Part shown: piece after piece, positions 1 to 11,886 of the stretch
How the letters are laid out: each line of letters opens with the position of its first letter
How positions within the stretch are numbered: the stretch's first letter is position 1
Assembly: GCA_964016885.1 (NCBI GenBank)
Contig: OZ024743.1
Coordinates: forward strand, 318,618,001 to 318,682,000
Length of the DNA: 64,000 nucleotides
From: Eledone cirrhosa
Lineage: Eukaryota
Direction of reading: 5' to 3'
Position numbers and translations under genes: made by a program
Notes under the pieces: generated by a model
What the model was told of the DNA's origin: nothing
Databases searched by the model: none
Seen by the model: the letters and a program-made list of their open reading frames with translations, nothing else

Positions 1-30
1 ATATAAAATTTATGCATACTCCTTTTCTAT

Positions 31-195
31 TTATTGAACAAGGATGGGATCAGGGCCTTGTCTTCTTTCCTGCTTATTAACACTTTGTTTTTTTGCTAAA
101 TTTACTCTCATCTCTTTTGATTTTAAGTTCTGTTTCCACTGCTGGAATTTATTTTCTAGTTCTGACACAGATTCATCTCTGGTAGACATATCACC
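31..195 (-). mobile_element. RTE-clade LINE fragment (RT region just after YADD)
   Basis: Translation ESVSELENKFQQWKQNLKSKEMRVNLAK matches the equivalent segment of the RTE copy at ~2900-3010. Confidence 0.65.
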
Positions 196-542
196 AACAT
201 CCCTCGAATATCTATACAAACAAATATATAAGCGAACATATAAATATATATTTATATATATATATACATATGTATGTATATATGTATATATACATGTCAC
301 ATGGTTTGGCAATGCAGTCCAAAAATCATCAGAGGAGTTTGAGTTATTGCTGTTATAGAAGCGATAAGAAAATTTACCCAAACTACCCGCAGATTAAAGA
401 AGGTAAGGAAAACTCTATTATTTTAAAATAACAAAACGAACCAATACTATAAGCATTAGAAATAGATTCATACATTCTGTCAAAGAATAGTAATATTAAT
501 AACAAAATGAAAAGCATTAAAATGAATGTGTATTATTATTAA

Positions 543-752
543 TAATAATGATTTCTAGTATAGGCACAAGGCCAGTAATTTAGGGGGAGGAGAAAGTCGA
601 TTAAATCGACCCCAGTGCGTGACTGGTACTTTATTTTATCGAGCCCGAAGGATGAAATGCAAAGCTAACCTTGGCGAAATTTGAACCATAAAGGGCCATA
701 ACTCTATGTCACGAAGCATGTTGTCTGACTCTCTACCGATACTTCCAATCCA
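543..752 (-). mobile_element. tRNA-derived SINE with Meta-domain-like core
   Basis: Diverged reverse-complement copy of the family core GCCTTTCATCCTT-GGGTCGATAAAATAAAGTACCAG with an (ATT)n tail; many copies in the window. Confidence 0.75.
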
Positions 753-753
753 C

Positions 754-932
754 CAGTATCGGTAGAGGGTTGGACGCCTTGCTTTCTAGCATAGTTACAT
801 CCCTTTACAGTCTGAGTTCAAATCCCGCTGAGGTTAACTTTGCCTTTCATCCTTATGGGGTCGATAAAATACAGTACCAGTAATGTACTGGGTGATTGCT
901 GGCCTTGTGCCTAAAATAGAAACAATTATTAA
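754..932 (+). mobile_element. tRNA-derived SINE with Meta-domain-like core
   Basis: B-box-like GAGTTCAAATCC, then GTTAACTTTGCCTTTCATCCTTATGGGGTCGATAAAATACAGTACCAG, tail GAAACAATTATT. Confidence 0.8.
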
Positions 933-1011
933 TCACAACAACAACAATAAAAATAGTAAAATAATGACAATAAGAAAAACAACAACAACAATAAAATATA
1001 TAATTATTGAT

Positions 1012-1203
1012 AATAATTGTTTCTATTTTAGGCACAAGGCCAGCAAATACCCAGTACATTACTGGTACTTTATTTTATCGACCCCATAAGGATGAAAGGC
1101 AAAGTTAACCTCGGCGGGATTTGAACTCAGATCATAAAGGGACGTAACTCTATGCTTCAAAGCATGGTGTCCGACTCTCTACCGATACTGCCAATCCACT
1201 GCA
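1012..1203 (-). mobile_element. tRNA-derived SINE with Meta-domain-like core
   Basis: Close reverse-complement match to 754-932. Confidence 0.8.
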
Positions 1204-1562
1204 TAATTATTGATAATAATAATTGTAATTAATGATGTCTGTTTTCTTTGGAGTTTTACCAACAATGTTGGCTTATCAAAACAGTCAGTTAATTAACCAA
1301 CAACGCTGGTGTGAAACTTGGAAGTAAACAGTCACCAATGATAACAATTATTATATTGACTCTGTATCTTGTATACTTGAAGGGGGTTCTCTTCTCTGAA
1401 GACCTTCTGCTGCCCAGCTCTCCTCACAGTTTCTTACCATTTATCACTGTATATGAGTCTTTTAATTCAGTGAATGGTTAGTGTGTTTATCAAATAAACC
1501 CATAAAACAAGTATATATATATAGAATGGAAAACGAAAAATCAGTGATGCATCGGAACTCAA

Positions 1563-1660
1563 TTTATTGTGTGTTACAATTGTTTCCCCGGTGAACAGCT
1601 CGAGGTGCGATCTGTGTGTGGATCGACCTGACTCTAGACTCGCAGGTTCCTCGGACATGT
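1563..1660 (-). ncRNA. Variant or degenerate type I hammerhead motif in a probable Penelope-like terminus
   Basis: Minus strand reads TGT-CCGAGGA-[branched stem II]-GAAA-CAATTG-TA-ACA...AATAAA. Stem III is palindromic, the core has a U-to-C change and stem I is weak. Confidence 0.4.
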
Positions 1661-1864
1661 CTATTGATTTCGGAGCATATCCTCTAGATATAGGAAAAGA
1701 GACAGGACCCTGACAGCTGAGCTCAGCTATCAGGGTTCTGACTCTTTTCCTATTACCCACTCTACTACCCTAAGTATCGAATACTCTGGCACGTTATGGT
1801 CCACCTGGTACCTTACCACACTTTCTTTGTTGTTTATATATATATGTATATATATGTGTATGCG

Positions 1865-2135
1865 TGGAGGCATGTGGCCTAGTGGTAAGAGTGTTGGACT
1901 TACGATCATAATGTCGTGGGCTCGATTCCTGGGTTGCGTGTTGTGTTCTTGAGCAAAACACTTCATTTCATGTTGCTCCAGTATACTCAGCTGGAAATGA
2001 GTACCAGCAATAGCTGGAGGTTTAACCCTGTGATGGACTGGCGTTCTGTTCAGGGGGGAGTCTTGTACTCTCAGTCCCTTCATGCCATGAAACTGGGATA
2101 AGCACCGGCCAAATGAGCCTTCTGGCTTAAGACAG
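1865..2135 (+). mobile_element. tRNA-derived CORE-type SINE
   Basis: A box TGGCCTAGTGG, B box GGCTCGATTCC, CORE-like TTGTGTTCTTGAGCAAAACACTT...TTGCTCCAGT. Confidence 0.8.
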
Positions 2136-2309
2136 ACTTTAGACTTAGATATATGTATGTATGTATGTATGTATGTGTGTGTGTGTGTGTGCATGCATGC
2201 GTGTGTGTAAATATAGGATCCTGCAAGTGTGCAGGTGAAACCTCTGACTAACAGGGCTCACTACTTAGCCACATTAAATGAATATATGTGTGTGTATGTG
2301 TATAACTAT

Positions 2310-3960
2310 TTTTATGTCACTTCTCCAGCACACTGCATCTAATTCCTCTTATACCTAGCTTTTCTCTCAGCTCATCCATGCTTTGTCTTCATGCACATTA
2401 AATTTGTACATCCATCAGAGCATGGTTGCTCCATTTCTTTCCAGCCTTTGCATAGCCTCTGCATTCACTGCCCATATCTCACAACCATGCAACATCGCAC
2501 AGTCATTATACAGCTCACCTTTCAGTCCTAGAAATATGCCTTTGGATCTCAACAGAGTTTGTAGCTCCTTGAACTTTTTCAATCTTGCTATTATGTTCTC
2601 AAAGCAACCTTCTCCACTGCTACTTAGATCATCTGGGTAGCAAAAGCTATCAGCCACTACTGTGGATCCTTCCAAGGATTGGAAAAGTTTATTTCACTGA
2701 TGCTCTTACAACCAACTATCCTTGTTTATCTGCTACATACAAAGTCTTTCTTTTTGTTAGTCTGTCTGCTGTCCCACTACACCTCTTGTGTACCCAAGAT
2801 TTATATTGTGTACATCATATAAAGATTCTAACACCTCCTTTTCTACATATCACATTACTTGTCTGAAGAGATTTGTTTTCTTTCCTATTTGCTACAACTT
2901 TAGTTTTTGCCAAGTTTACTTTAAACCCTTTTGATTCTAACTTCAATTTCCAAAGCTGAAATTGTTTCTTTAGCTCTTTGACAGATTTGGCTATAAGAAC
3001 CAGGTCATCAGCATACAGAAGTTACCATGAACAGCCAATCTTAAATTCCTCTGTTATGGCCTGGAGAACTATGATGAACAGCAGTGGGCTGAGAACCAAA
3101 CCCTGATGAACCTGTACCTTGAATTCCTCACTAAACTCACTTCCTACTCTCACTCTACTGACAGCCCCTCTATACATGGCTTGCACTACTCACACAAGCT
3201 ATTCTTCTACACCTAATTTCCTTAAGGACCACCAGATGACAGATCATTGTACTCTGCCAAAGGCCTTCTCTAGATCAACAAAAGCTAGATATACAAGCTT
3301 ACTTTTAACTAAGAATTTCTCTTGTAGTTGTTGCACTAAAAAGAAGGCATCTGTGGTGCTCCTCCCTAGCATGAAACCAAATTGCATCTCATCTAATTTG
3401 AATCTTTCCCTAATTGGTTGTGCTAAAACTCTTTCTGTCACTTTTGTAACTTGATCCATCAGTTATATGCCACTGTAGTTGCTCCTTTCTAGAGCGTCAT
3501 CTTTTTTGTTGTAGCAAATAATGAGTATACAGTTATGCCATTGACCCCATCATATAATATCTGATTAATTATATGAATGACTAATTTAACTCTTTTTTGC
3601 CTAGATTTCACTGTCTCAGCTACTATCTATGATGGTCCAGCAGCTTTACCATTTTTCATCCTTTTGATTGCTTCTTTGACCCTCTAACTGTCAATTTCAA
3701 TAGCTGGTCCCTTTCTTGAGTCAACTCTTCCAACTCATTCTCTACACTCATTAATCTCTTTCTTTTCAGCATCAGTGAGGCTAAGTGCGCCAGTGTCATT
3801 TCAAGCACACTTTTCCCCAACCATATACTGGTTTTTCACTGATATATTGCTTTGCAATGTGAAACACCTCACTTCACTGATCCTTGCATCATAAGGACAT
3901 TGGCAAACCTCTTTCTTTCAGCTTCTTTGCATGCTATGAAGACTTGTCATCTAGCTTCAA
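2310..3960 (-). mobile_element. RTE-clade LINE, degraded reverse transcriptase
   Basis: QFGFMLGRSTTDAFFLVQQLQEK...LAFVDLEKAF, VHQG and YADD motifs on the minus strand, with frameshifts and stops. Confidence 0.85.
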
Positions 3961-4537
3961 TTTTATCTTGTACTGATTTTTATTGTCCCTATTATTCCAG
4001 ACATTCACTTTGTCTCTTGGCTTTAATAGCTCCATCTGCAGTGTTGTTCCACCACCAGATAAAAGGAAAGGCTCTGATGTTCACATCAAACCAAGGAAAC
4101 AATGATTTCATTGGTCTTTCCATTGTTGATATTCTCCACCTGCCAGAATTCCTGACAGAAGGAGAACATCAAATAAAGTGTGTTGTTGAACAACACAACA
4201 CACTGCTCAGGCTTAAAATTGCACCTACAACCTTGCTTTTCACCACCTGAGCACCCCCAAAGGGGCCTTATTACCTGAGCACCCATAAAAGGGTCGTCAG
4301 TCTTAAAATTGTGAGAATAGTTTTGGATGATTGTTATGTATGACGATGGTCATCAAAACACAGCATGGCATAGTAAGGCCATTTGCTTGCAAATGAATCG
4401 AATATTATTATTATTCGATATAACCCATACCTACATTTATGTAATCTGCTATGCTAGAGCGAAAAGTCAAATTCTAATTTTGTTTTTATCCTTTTATATA
4501 TCATCATCATACGTCCATTTTTCCAAGGTAGCATGGG

Positions 4538-4581
<44 letters not shown>

Positions 4582-5338
4582 GAAGAGACATGTATTGCCT
4601 TCTCCTCCATTTATTCTGCTTATATATATATATGTATGTGTGTGTATGCACTAACACTATGTATGCATATACATACATATGCATAAGTACAATATAATTT
4701 ATTAAGGACCTTGTTTCAGAAATTGTTTATTTAACTCTTTATATCCTGTACCACACAAAACCACATTAGCAATACATCATTGAAAAGTACAAAACAGCAC
4801 TATGCTTCACAATAAGAAGTACATTTTCACAATGGTCTGTCCTCTAGAAAATATGCTATAAACCTTTGGATTAACCAAATTTCATTTGAAATATTTTCTT
4901 TTAAACCATTACAGAATACTGAGAGTATAAATAAAATCAATTTCTTTGAAGTAAAAAAGATAAATTTTCTGTCTATAAATTTTGTATTAATTTAAATTAG
5001 ATCTTGTAGCAATTTATCAATCAATTTTCAGAGTCAGCTGATTATTTCACCCTGATGACAAAAAGAGAAAGACGACACAACAGCCCAATTTGATTTTATT
5101 CAAAAAGGTATTCTCATATGGATACAAACACCAAAATGAAACTGGTCTTTAAATGGAAAGTTACTAGATTCATTTGGTCTACTGAACACTCATACCAGCT
5201 GATTAGCCCAGAAGTCTCTTCCAGCTAGTAACACAACTGAATTTTAATTGTTATTTTGTTTACATATCTAGTAAATAAAATAATTCACCTTTATACTTTA
5301 TATAAATTGAACAGATATTGTGTTTTGTATAACTTGAG

Positions 5339-5680
5339 TTCTTCTTCTTCTTCTTCTTCTTCTTCTTCTTCTTCTTCTTCTTCTTCTTCTTCTTCTTCTT
5401 CTTCTTCTTCTTCACTTATTCCTGAGAGGGTTGTGGGGCAGAGTTCTCAAACACTCCTTCCAGTGGGTCCTGTCAGAAGCAATCGTCTCCAATTGAGATC
5501 AGCCAAGCTAATGGATGTTATCCAACCAGCATGCCCGGGATCTACTACTGGCTTTCCTGTCAGTTGGTTTTGCCTGTAAAACCTGTCCAACAATTCTTTC
5601 ATGAGACATTCTAACCACATGTCTGTAATAGAGCTGTGATCTTTCAATTCGGAGAAGTAGTGGCTCTACCTGGAGCAACT
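5339..5680 (-). mobile_element. RTE LINE 3' end with (AAG)n tail, seen as a (CTT)~25 microsatellite
   Basis: Homologous to the + strand copy at 34045-34340; RTE C-terminal-like translation ends in the repeat at 5339-5414. Confidence 0.65.
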
Positions 5681-5714
5681 CTTTGATCTCTGCATGCCAT
5701 TATTTAAAAAAAAT

Positions 5715-6380
5715 GTTTACCCTTCATCAGTACAGTTTGTATTCTACTGACATGGCTTTAAAATTGAGGCTTGTTTGCATAATTGCAAACGAATCGAATA
5801 TTATTATTAATATTCGAAAAACTCAGATTACATTTATTATATTCAGCCATGTAGAGCGAAATTTTTATTTTTATTTTGAATATGGCAAAGCCAGCCATTA
5901 ATTGCTCGTATACAGGAAGCTGACTGGCCAGTCTGCTGATATACAAATCTGGCTGATCAGTGGATCTGCTAATATGCAGATCTGACTGATCAGCCAGTCT
6001 GCTGATATACAAATCTGGCTGATCAGTGGATCTGCTAATATGCAGATCTGACTGATCAGCCAGTCTGCTAATATGCAAATCAGTCACTGTATATTTTAGA
6101 AAATATCATATATTTTCACTAGTTCTGACAGTTGGCAGGAGAACAGTGAACTGTACTGATGAAGGGTAATACCCAGAAACATTAGTGTCTGCAGTTCTGT
6201 TTATATGCCAACACAAGAGCAAGAGTGAGGGGCTCCTTCTACTGACATGGCTTTAAAAAAGAGGCTGTTTGCATAATTGCAAATGAATCGAATATTATTA
6301 TTAATATTCAAAAAACTCAGATTACATTTATTGTATGCCATGTAGATTACATTTATTGTTCAGCCACGTAGAGCGAAAAT
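5715..6380 (+). mobile_element. Non-autonomous Penelope-like or retrozyme-like element with ~125-bp direct terminal repeats, an internal 30/60-bp minisatellite and a hammerhead
   Basis: TTCTACTGACATGGC...GTAGAGCGAAA occurs at ~5741-5861 and ~6237-6379. Repeats of 30 bp at 5921-6085. An inverted hammerhead stub ACCCTTCATCAGTACAGTT at 5718-5736. Related copy at 51615-52101. Confidence 0.65.
6148..6197 (+). ncRNA. Type I hammerhead ribozyme motif, intact core
   Basis: GAACTGTA-CTGATGA-A GGGT AAT ACCC A-GAAA-CATTAGTG-TC-TGCAGTTC: 8-bp stem I, GUC cleavage triplet, self-complementary stem III. Confidence 0.8.
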
Positions 6381-7169
6381 GTATTTATTTATTTATTTAT
6401 ATATATATATATTCATTTGATTAAAGAAATTACTTCTACAGGACCAGAACTGTTTCATTCATAAGAAATCATCCAATTTATGAATGAAACAGTTCTAGTC
6501 CTGTAGTTTTAGTCCATTCCTTATACAGCATATAGACCCTTGCAGTGCAAATGTTCTAATATGTTTGATTAGAAAGCCTTGGTATTTTAACTCTGGTAGA
6601 AATATAATGACAATGGCTTTAAGAAGTGTATGTCAAGCAATGCTGTTTTAGAGTTAAGCTATAAATTATATTTCTGCTATGCCTGAAAGTGTTAGATTAA
6701 TTAATTTTTTTCTGACCATCCCTGCAACTTCACTTGCAAATGAAATAAGCTCCTCTACTTTAGACAGTATTCAATAATTCTTAAGATGCACAATGGCTCA
6801 AAAACAGTTGTCTTCACTGGATTTCCATTGAAAAAGAAATATTTGTCAATTTACAATGACAAAAAAATTACATGAGGAGTTTACCATATAAACCAAGGCA
6901 CTTAGAATCTATGTTAAGATAAAAGGTTTATTTCTTATATAAATTCATGTATTTAAATTTTTTAATGCATTATTGCAGTGCTTGTGCTATGTAAATGCAT
7001 TGTTCATTCTACTATAGGAAAGACATTCAATGATTTTACCATAGAAAATATATTGAAAATTAAGGAAGAAAGAAATCCTGTGTTTTTTCTATTAGTCTCC
7101 ATTACACTAAATAATTACAGTTATAACCTGCCATATTTTTTTTGTTTAATTAGTATAAATAAACTATAG

Positions 7170-7650
7170 GTTGTGTAAGTTATCCAACTATTGAATATCA
7201 TTTACAGAAATTGTCTTTGGTTTCAGTTAAATATCAGAGAAGGTTGCAAAATAGATCAGGTAAGTTTTCATTCCTATAAGCTTCATTGTGGCCATTTTAA
7301 TTTTAAATATGTAACTGGTAGATTTGATTCAAAATTATTTTTATGGTCTTCCATATTAATCCTTGATGTTCTAGGTATTTAAGGTTCTGTGTGGTGTTAG
7401 ATCCCTAGCTTAGTGACTATTTCCTTAGCTTCTTTATTTATTGATTTAAGGTTTTCAGAGGTCGTTTTATGATAGTTCTTTCTTAGTTCTCTGATTATTA
7501 GTTTATTGTATTCCTCCTTATCTAATCCATTACAGGTTATTGGTTTTGTCAGAGTGGACCAGACTTTTCTTAGTTTTCTGAAGTTCCTTAAACATGTTGC
7601 TGAGGTTTTCAGGGGTTCCTGACCTCTGTATGGATCTTTCCTGAATTTGA
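7170..7650 (-). mobile_element. Penelope-like element, RT N-terminal fragment (Naiad-like)
   Basis: HSDKTNNL...DKEEYNKLIIRELRKNYHKTTSENLKSINKEAKEIVTKLGI...EDHKNNF resembles the PLE DKT and KDHK motifs; decayed. Confidence 0.7.
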
Positions 7651-7715
7651 CACACACACCCACACATATATTTTTTCATATATATATACACACACACATA
7701 TATATATATTTTCAT

Positions 7716-7758
<43 letters not shown>

Positions 7759-8766
7759 TAAACCACCAAACCACGTGTTTTAGACTACAATAGAATTCTT
7801 CCTCTTTCTCATTAGAGGCAGTGTGTAAGAATGGCAAGAACTGGCAAGAACTACTAGACACCTTGTCCAGTGGTAATGGCTAACACACACTGTATAGACC
7901 TATCTTATGACTTGGGCCACCTGCTGGTGAGTGTAACAGCCCGGTTACATAAATATCTGCTGATATTACGTGACTTTCTGAACATTGAGGATCTAATATC
8001 TGCCTTTCTGAAGTTAGGTTGCACAGAAACGATATCGTCCAGGAGTTGAAAGTTTTATCTTTCTCTCTACCAAAACACAGCCACTGTATCTGCTATTAAC
8101 TAAATGTGTGCACTTTGAACAGCTGATTGCAACTACATTACTGCAATTTGGCAGATTCATTGAGTGACCTAGTCGTTGGCTGGAGAACGTTGACTTAATA
8201 CCAGATCTTTGTTACTTTTATAATATATAAGGAAAAAAATCGAAAATGCAACTGGAGTCTTTTTAAAAATGTTTATTTCTTTCCTTTACCAGTTTCACAG
8301 TTCTTATGCTTTTCAAAAGTAGAATTGAGATGGAGGGTTTGTGGTTTGGTATCTACATTTGAGTTTCTCATTAATTTCTAATATGTTACACTCCTTACAA
8401 ATTATCCCCTGTAATTATTTGATGCATTTATTTTCTATATATATATATATATAAATTGATTATTGATTTAATGCTAATCATTTCTTGGATTTATCCTTAG
8501 AATCTTTGAGCTTATTCTACAGGTGGTATGGCACATGTTTCTCAGACATGACATCCTTCATTTAATTTTGGTTATATATACTGCTCCTAAATAGTGGAGC
8601 TTTTTTTCTTTTGAAAGACTCTGCTGCTATTTCTAGCTGTTGATAATCCTATTCACGTCACTGGGTTGACGATGGGGCGATGTGTATTTTTTTATAAAAA
8701 AAACCACACGTGCTTTTTGTCATTTCCAGATTTCCTTTTAGTGTGTAATCACAGATAGTTAAATCT

Positions 8767-8856
8767 TCTCCTTTGCTGATGATCCAGGATTTGACATCTA
8801 TGATACACCGATTAATGGTGAAATATATTTCTTTAATGAAATATATACAAAGGAGA
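8767..8856 (+). ncRNA. Type I hammerhead ribozyme motif, intact core, long stem III
   Basis: TCTCCTTTG-CTGATGA-TCCA...TGGT-GAAA-TATATTTC TTTAAT GAAATATA-TA-CAAAGGAGA. Confidence 0.8.
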
Positions 8857-8984
8857 TTAATCATTATTGCAAGGTATCTATATTCAAAGTTCTCGTTAAT
8901 TTTTAATATGTTACCTATGTAACTATGTGTGTTTACACTCTTTACAAATTATCCCCTGTAATTGTTTGATGTATTTATTTTATA

Positions 8985-9372
8985 TCATCATCATCATCAT
9001 TTTACGTCCACTTTTCCCTGCTTGCAAGGGTGGGACGGGAACTGATTCTGGCTTGAGTTTTACAGCTGGATGCCCTTCCTAATACCAACCTCATTTACAG
9101 TGAGTGCTGGGTGCTTTTTTGCCGTGGCACCTCCACGTCCACTTTACAGTGTAGGCTGGGTGCTTTTTTGCCGTGGCACCTCCATGACCACTTTGCAGTG
9201 GAATGATAGGGACCCCAGTCCCTATCATCTCATTTCTACAGCTGAGTAAACTGGAGCAATGTGAAATAAAGTGTCTTGCTCAAGGAAACAACACATCACC
9301 CAGTCTGAGGATTGAACTCACAACGTTTTGATTGTAAGGCCAATGCTCTAACCACTAAGTCATGTGCCTCCA
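8985..9372 (-). mobile_element. Composite SINE: tRNA head, CORE, central block and RTE-like 3' tail (GAT)n
   Basis: Same family at 19612-19815 (+, partial), 35610-35942 (-), 61602-61922 (-) and 62944-63292 (+). Confidence 0.8.
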
Positions 9373-9505
9373 TATATATATATATCAATCGATTATTAAT
9401 TTAATGCTAATAATTTCTCGGATTTATCCCTTAGAATCTTTGAGTTTATTCTACAGGTGGTATGGCGCATGTTTCTCAGACATGACATCCTTCATTTAAT
9501 TTTGG

Positions 9506-9548
<43 letters not shown>

Positions 9549-9607
9549 ATACTAGCTCCTTCTACTGCCCAGATGGTTCTATAAAACTAGTGGACACTTT
9601 CCATTAC

Positions 9608-10432
9608 GTTACCTGGGTGACAAAATCAGCAGTGGTGGAGGCTGCTCTGAAAGTACAGAAGCCAGAGTTAGAACGGGATGGAAAAAGTTCAGAGAGCTTA
9701 TACCGCTGTTGGCCACAAAAGGTTTCTCTCTGAAAATGAAAGGCAGATTGTATGATGCTTGTATACGAACAGCAATGTTACATGGCAGTGAGACATGGGC
9801 ATTGTGTGCAGAGGACCTGCACAGACTGGAAAGGAACGAAGCTTGCATGCTCCATTGGATGTGTAATAGTAATATACGTGAACGGCAAAACATAAATGAA
9901 CTAAATGAGAAATTAGGAATAAGAGGGATCAGATGCTGTTTACTTGAGAGAATATTACTTTGGTATGGTCACGTGATGTGCATGAAAGACGACAGCTGTA
10001 TAAAAAAGTGCAAAGCGATCAAAATTGATGGAAGTTACGGAGTAGGTAGACCCAGAAAAACCTGGGATAACATGATAAATTCTGACCTTGCACACTTGCA
10101 CCTCTTTAAGACAATGTCACTGGATCGAGATCTTTGGCGCCATGCAGTAATACAGAAGACCCACCTTCTTTACGTGCAAAGTTAACCTACAGCCTCTCTA
10201 AACCAAGCATACACCCCAACCCACTACACCTACTCCATCCTCCCACACCTGCCAACACCACCCTTTCTCTGTAAAGTTATGTTGGTACCACAACATCCAG
10301 TCCAAACAGCTGTAGCAAACCTGCCACAGAGCGAGACACTGTCACCCGACCAATCTTGCCTCAAGTGGGACAACTCCTGTCTAACCCATGCTAGCGTGGT
10401 AGATAGACATTAAACAATGATGATGATGATGA
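9608..10432 (+). mobile_element. RTE LINE 3' fragment
   Basis: ORF KGRLYDACIRTAMLHGSETW...WYGHVM...GRPRKTW, 3' UTR and (GAT)n tail. Confidence 0.9.
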
Positions 10433-10664
10433 TATATATACGTATTTATATGACATCTTTAATCTAATTTTGGTAGTATTTACGGCTCTGAAGTATTCTG
10501 TTAGTAGACCTTTTTATGTTGAAAGGACTCGGCTACTATTTCTAGCTGTCGATAACCCTATTCACGCCACAGGCTTGACTGTGGGGCGATTAGTTTTTTC
10601 TAAAAACATGTGCTTTTCGTCGTTATTCCCTGATTTGCTTTTAGTGTGTAATCATAGATAATTA

Positions 10665-10758
10665 AATCTTCTTTGCTGATGATCCAAGATTTGACATCTA
10701 TGATACACCGATTAATGGTGAAATATATTTCTTCAATGGAATATATACAAAGGAGATT
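10665..10758 (+). ncRNA. Type I hammerhead ribozyme motif, second copy of the tandem unit
   Basis: AATCTTCTTTG-CTGATGA-...-GAAA-TATATTTC TTCAAT GGAATATA-TA-CAAAGGAGATT; differences from 8767-8856 keep pairing through G-U pairs. Confidence 0.8.
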
Positions 10759-10870
10759 AATCATTATTGCAAGGTATCTATATTCAAGTTTGTTGTTAAT
10801 TTTTTATATGTTACCTCCGTAACTATGTGTGTTTACAAATTATCCCTTGTAATTGTTTGATATGTTTATT

Positions 10871-11695
10871 AAAGGTTTCTCCCTAAAAATGAAAGGCAGA
10901 CTGTATGATGCCTGCATACGAACAGCAATGTTACATGGCAGTGAGATATGGGCATTGTGTGCAGAGGATCTGCGCAGACTGGAGAGGAACGAAGCATGCA
11001 TGCTCCGCTGGATGTGTAATAGTAATATACGTGAACGGCAAAGCATGAATGAACTAAGTGAGAAATTAGGTATAAGAAGGATCAGATATTGTTTACTCGA
11101 GAGAAGACTACGTTGGTATGGTCACGTGATGCGCATGAAAGACGACAGCTGTATAAAAAAAGTGCAGGGCGATCAAAATTGATGGAAGTTACCGAGTAGG
11201 CAGACCCAGAAAAACCTGGGACGATTTGATAAATTCCGACCTTACACACTTACACCTCTCTCAGACAATGTCACTGGACTGAGATCTTTGGCGCTACGCA
11301 GTAATACAGAAGACCCACCTTGCCTAAGAACAAAACGAAACCTACAGTCAGTAGGCACCTCTTAACCAAATATACTCCCACTATCCCATCCTCCACCCCA
11401 TCAACACCACCCCTTTCTCTGTAAAGTTATGTTGGTACCACAACATCCAGTCCTAAATAAATGAGGTAATGTAGGTGTCACGACAAAAAAACGCACAGTC
11501 CACACTGTAATGTGGTCGTGTAGGTAACACGGTAAAAAGCTCCCAGTCCACACTGTAAATGTGGTTGGTGTTAGGAAGGGCATCCAGCCATAGAAAATCT
11601 GCCAGACAGTCCCATACGAGCGAGACCACCAATCTTGCCTCAAGTGGGACAATTCCCGACTAAACCCATGGTAGCGTGGAAGATATACGTTAAAC

Positions 11696-11728
<33 letters not shown>
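10871..11728 (+). mobile_element. RTE LINE 3' fragment
   Basis: Same family as 9608-10432; (GAT)n tail at ~11695-11728. Confidence 0.9.
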
Positions 11729-11886
11729 ATATATATATCTCATTTGACTTTTAATTTAATGGTAATAAATACTCGGATTTATTACTTGCAATCTTTGAGC
11801 TTATTGCACAGGTGCTATGGCACATGCTTCTGATATTCTCAAATATGGCATCTTTAATCTAATTTTGGTAGTATACATATATATAT

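Larger units (their letters stand above)
8349..11875 (+). repeat. Interrupted tandem array of a ~550-bp hammerhead-bearing unit
   Basis: TTATCCCCTGTA at 8402 and 8949 (period 547) and a variant at ~10840. Unit pieces at 8349-8980, 9385-9510, 10445-10870 and 11740-11875 are separated by SINE and RTE insertions. Confidence 0.75.

Noticed and set aside
290-345. CTGATGA followed by a hairpin on the minus strand; similar words at ~5052 and ~59623
   Set aside because: No correctly placed GAAA, UH and stem I partner, so not counted as hammerheads.
1865-1935. tRNA-like sequence
   Set aside because: It is a SINE head followed by a CORE domain, not a tRNA gene.
5758-6087. Repetitive ORF DLHISRLADQSDLHISRSTDQP
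   Set aside because: Translation of the 30-bp minisatellite inside a repeat element.
8770-8875. Exon-like frame FADDPGFDIYDTPINGEIYFF...CK|GT
   Set aside because: Better explained by the hammerhead structure in a tandem repeat; no partner exons.
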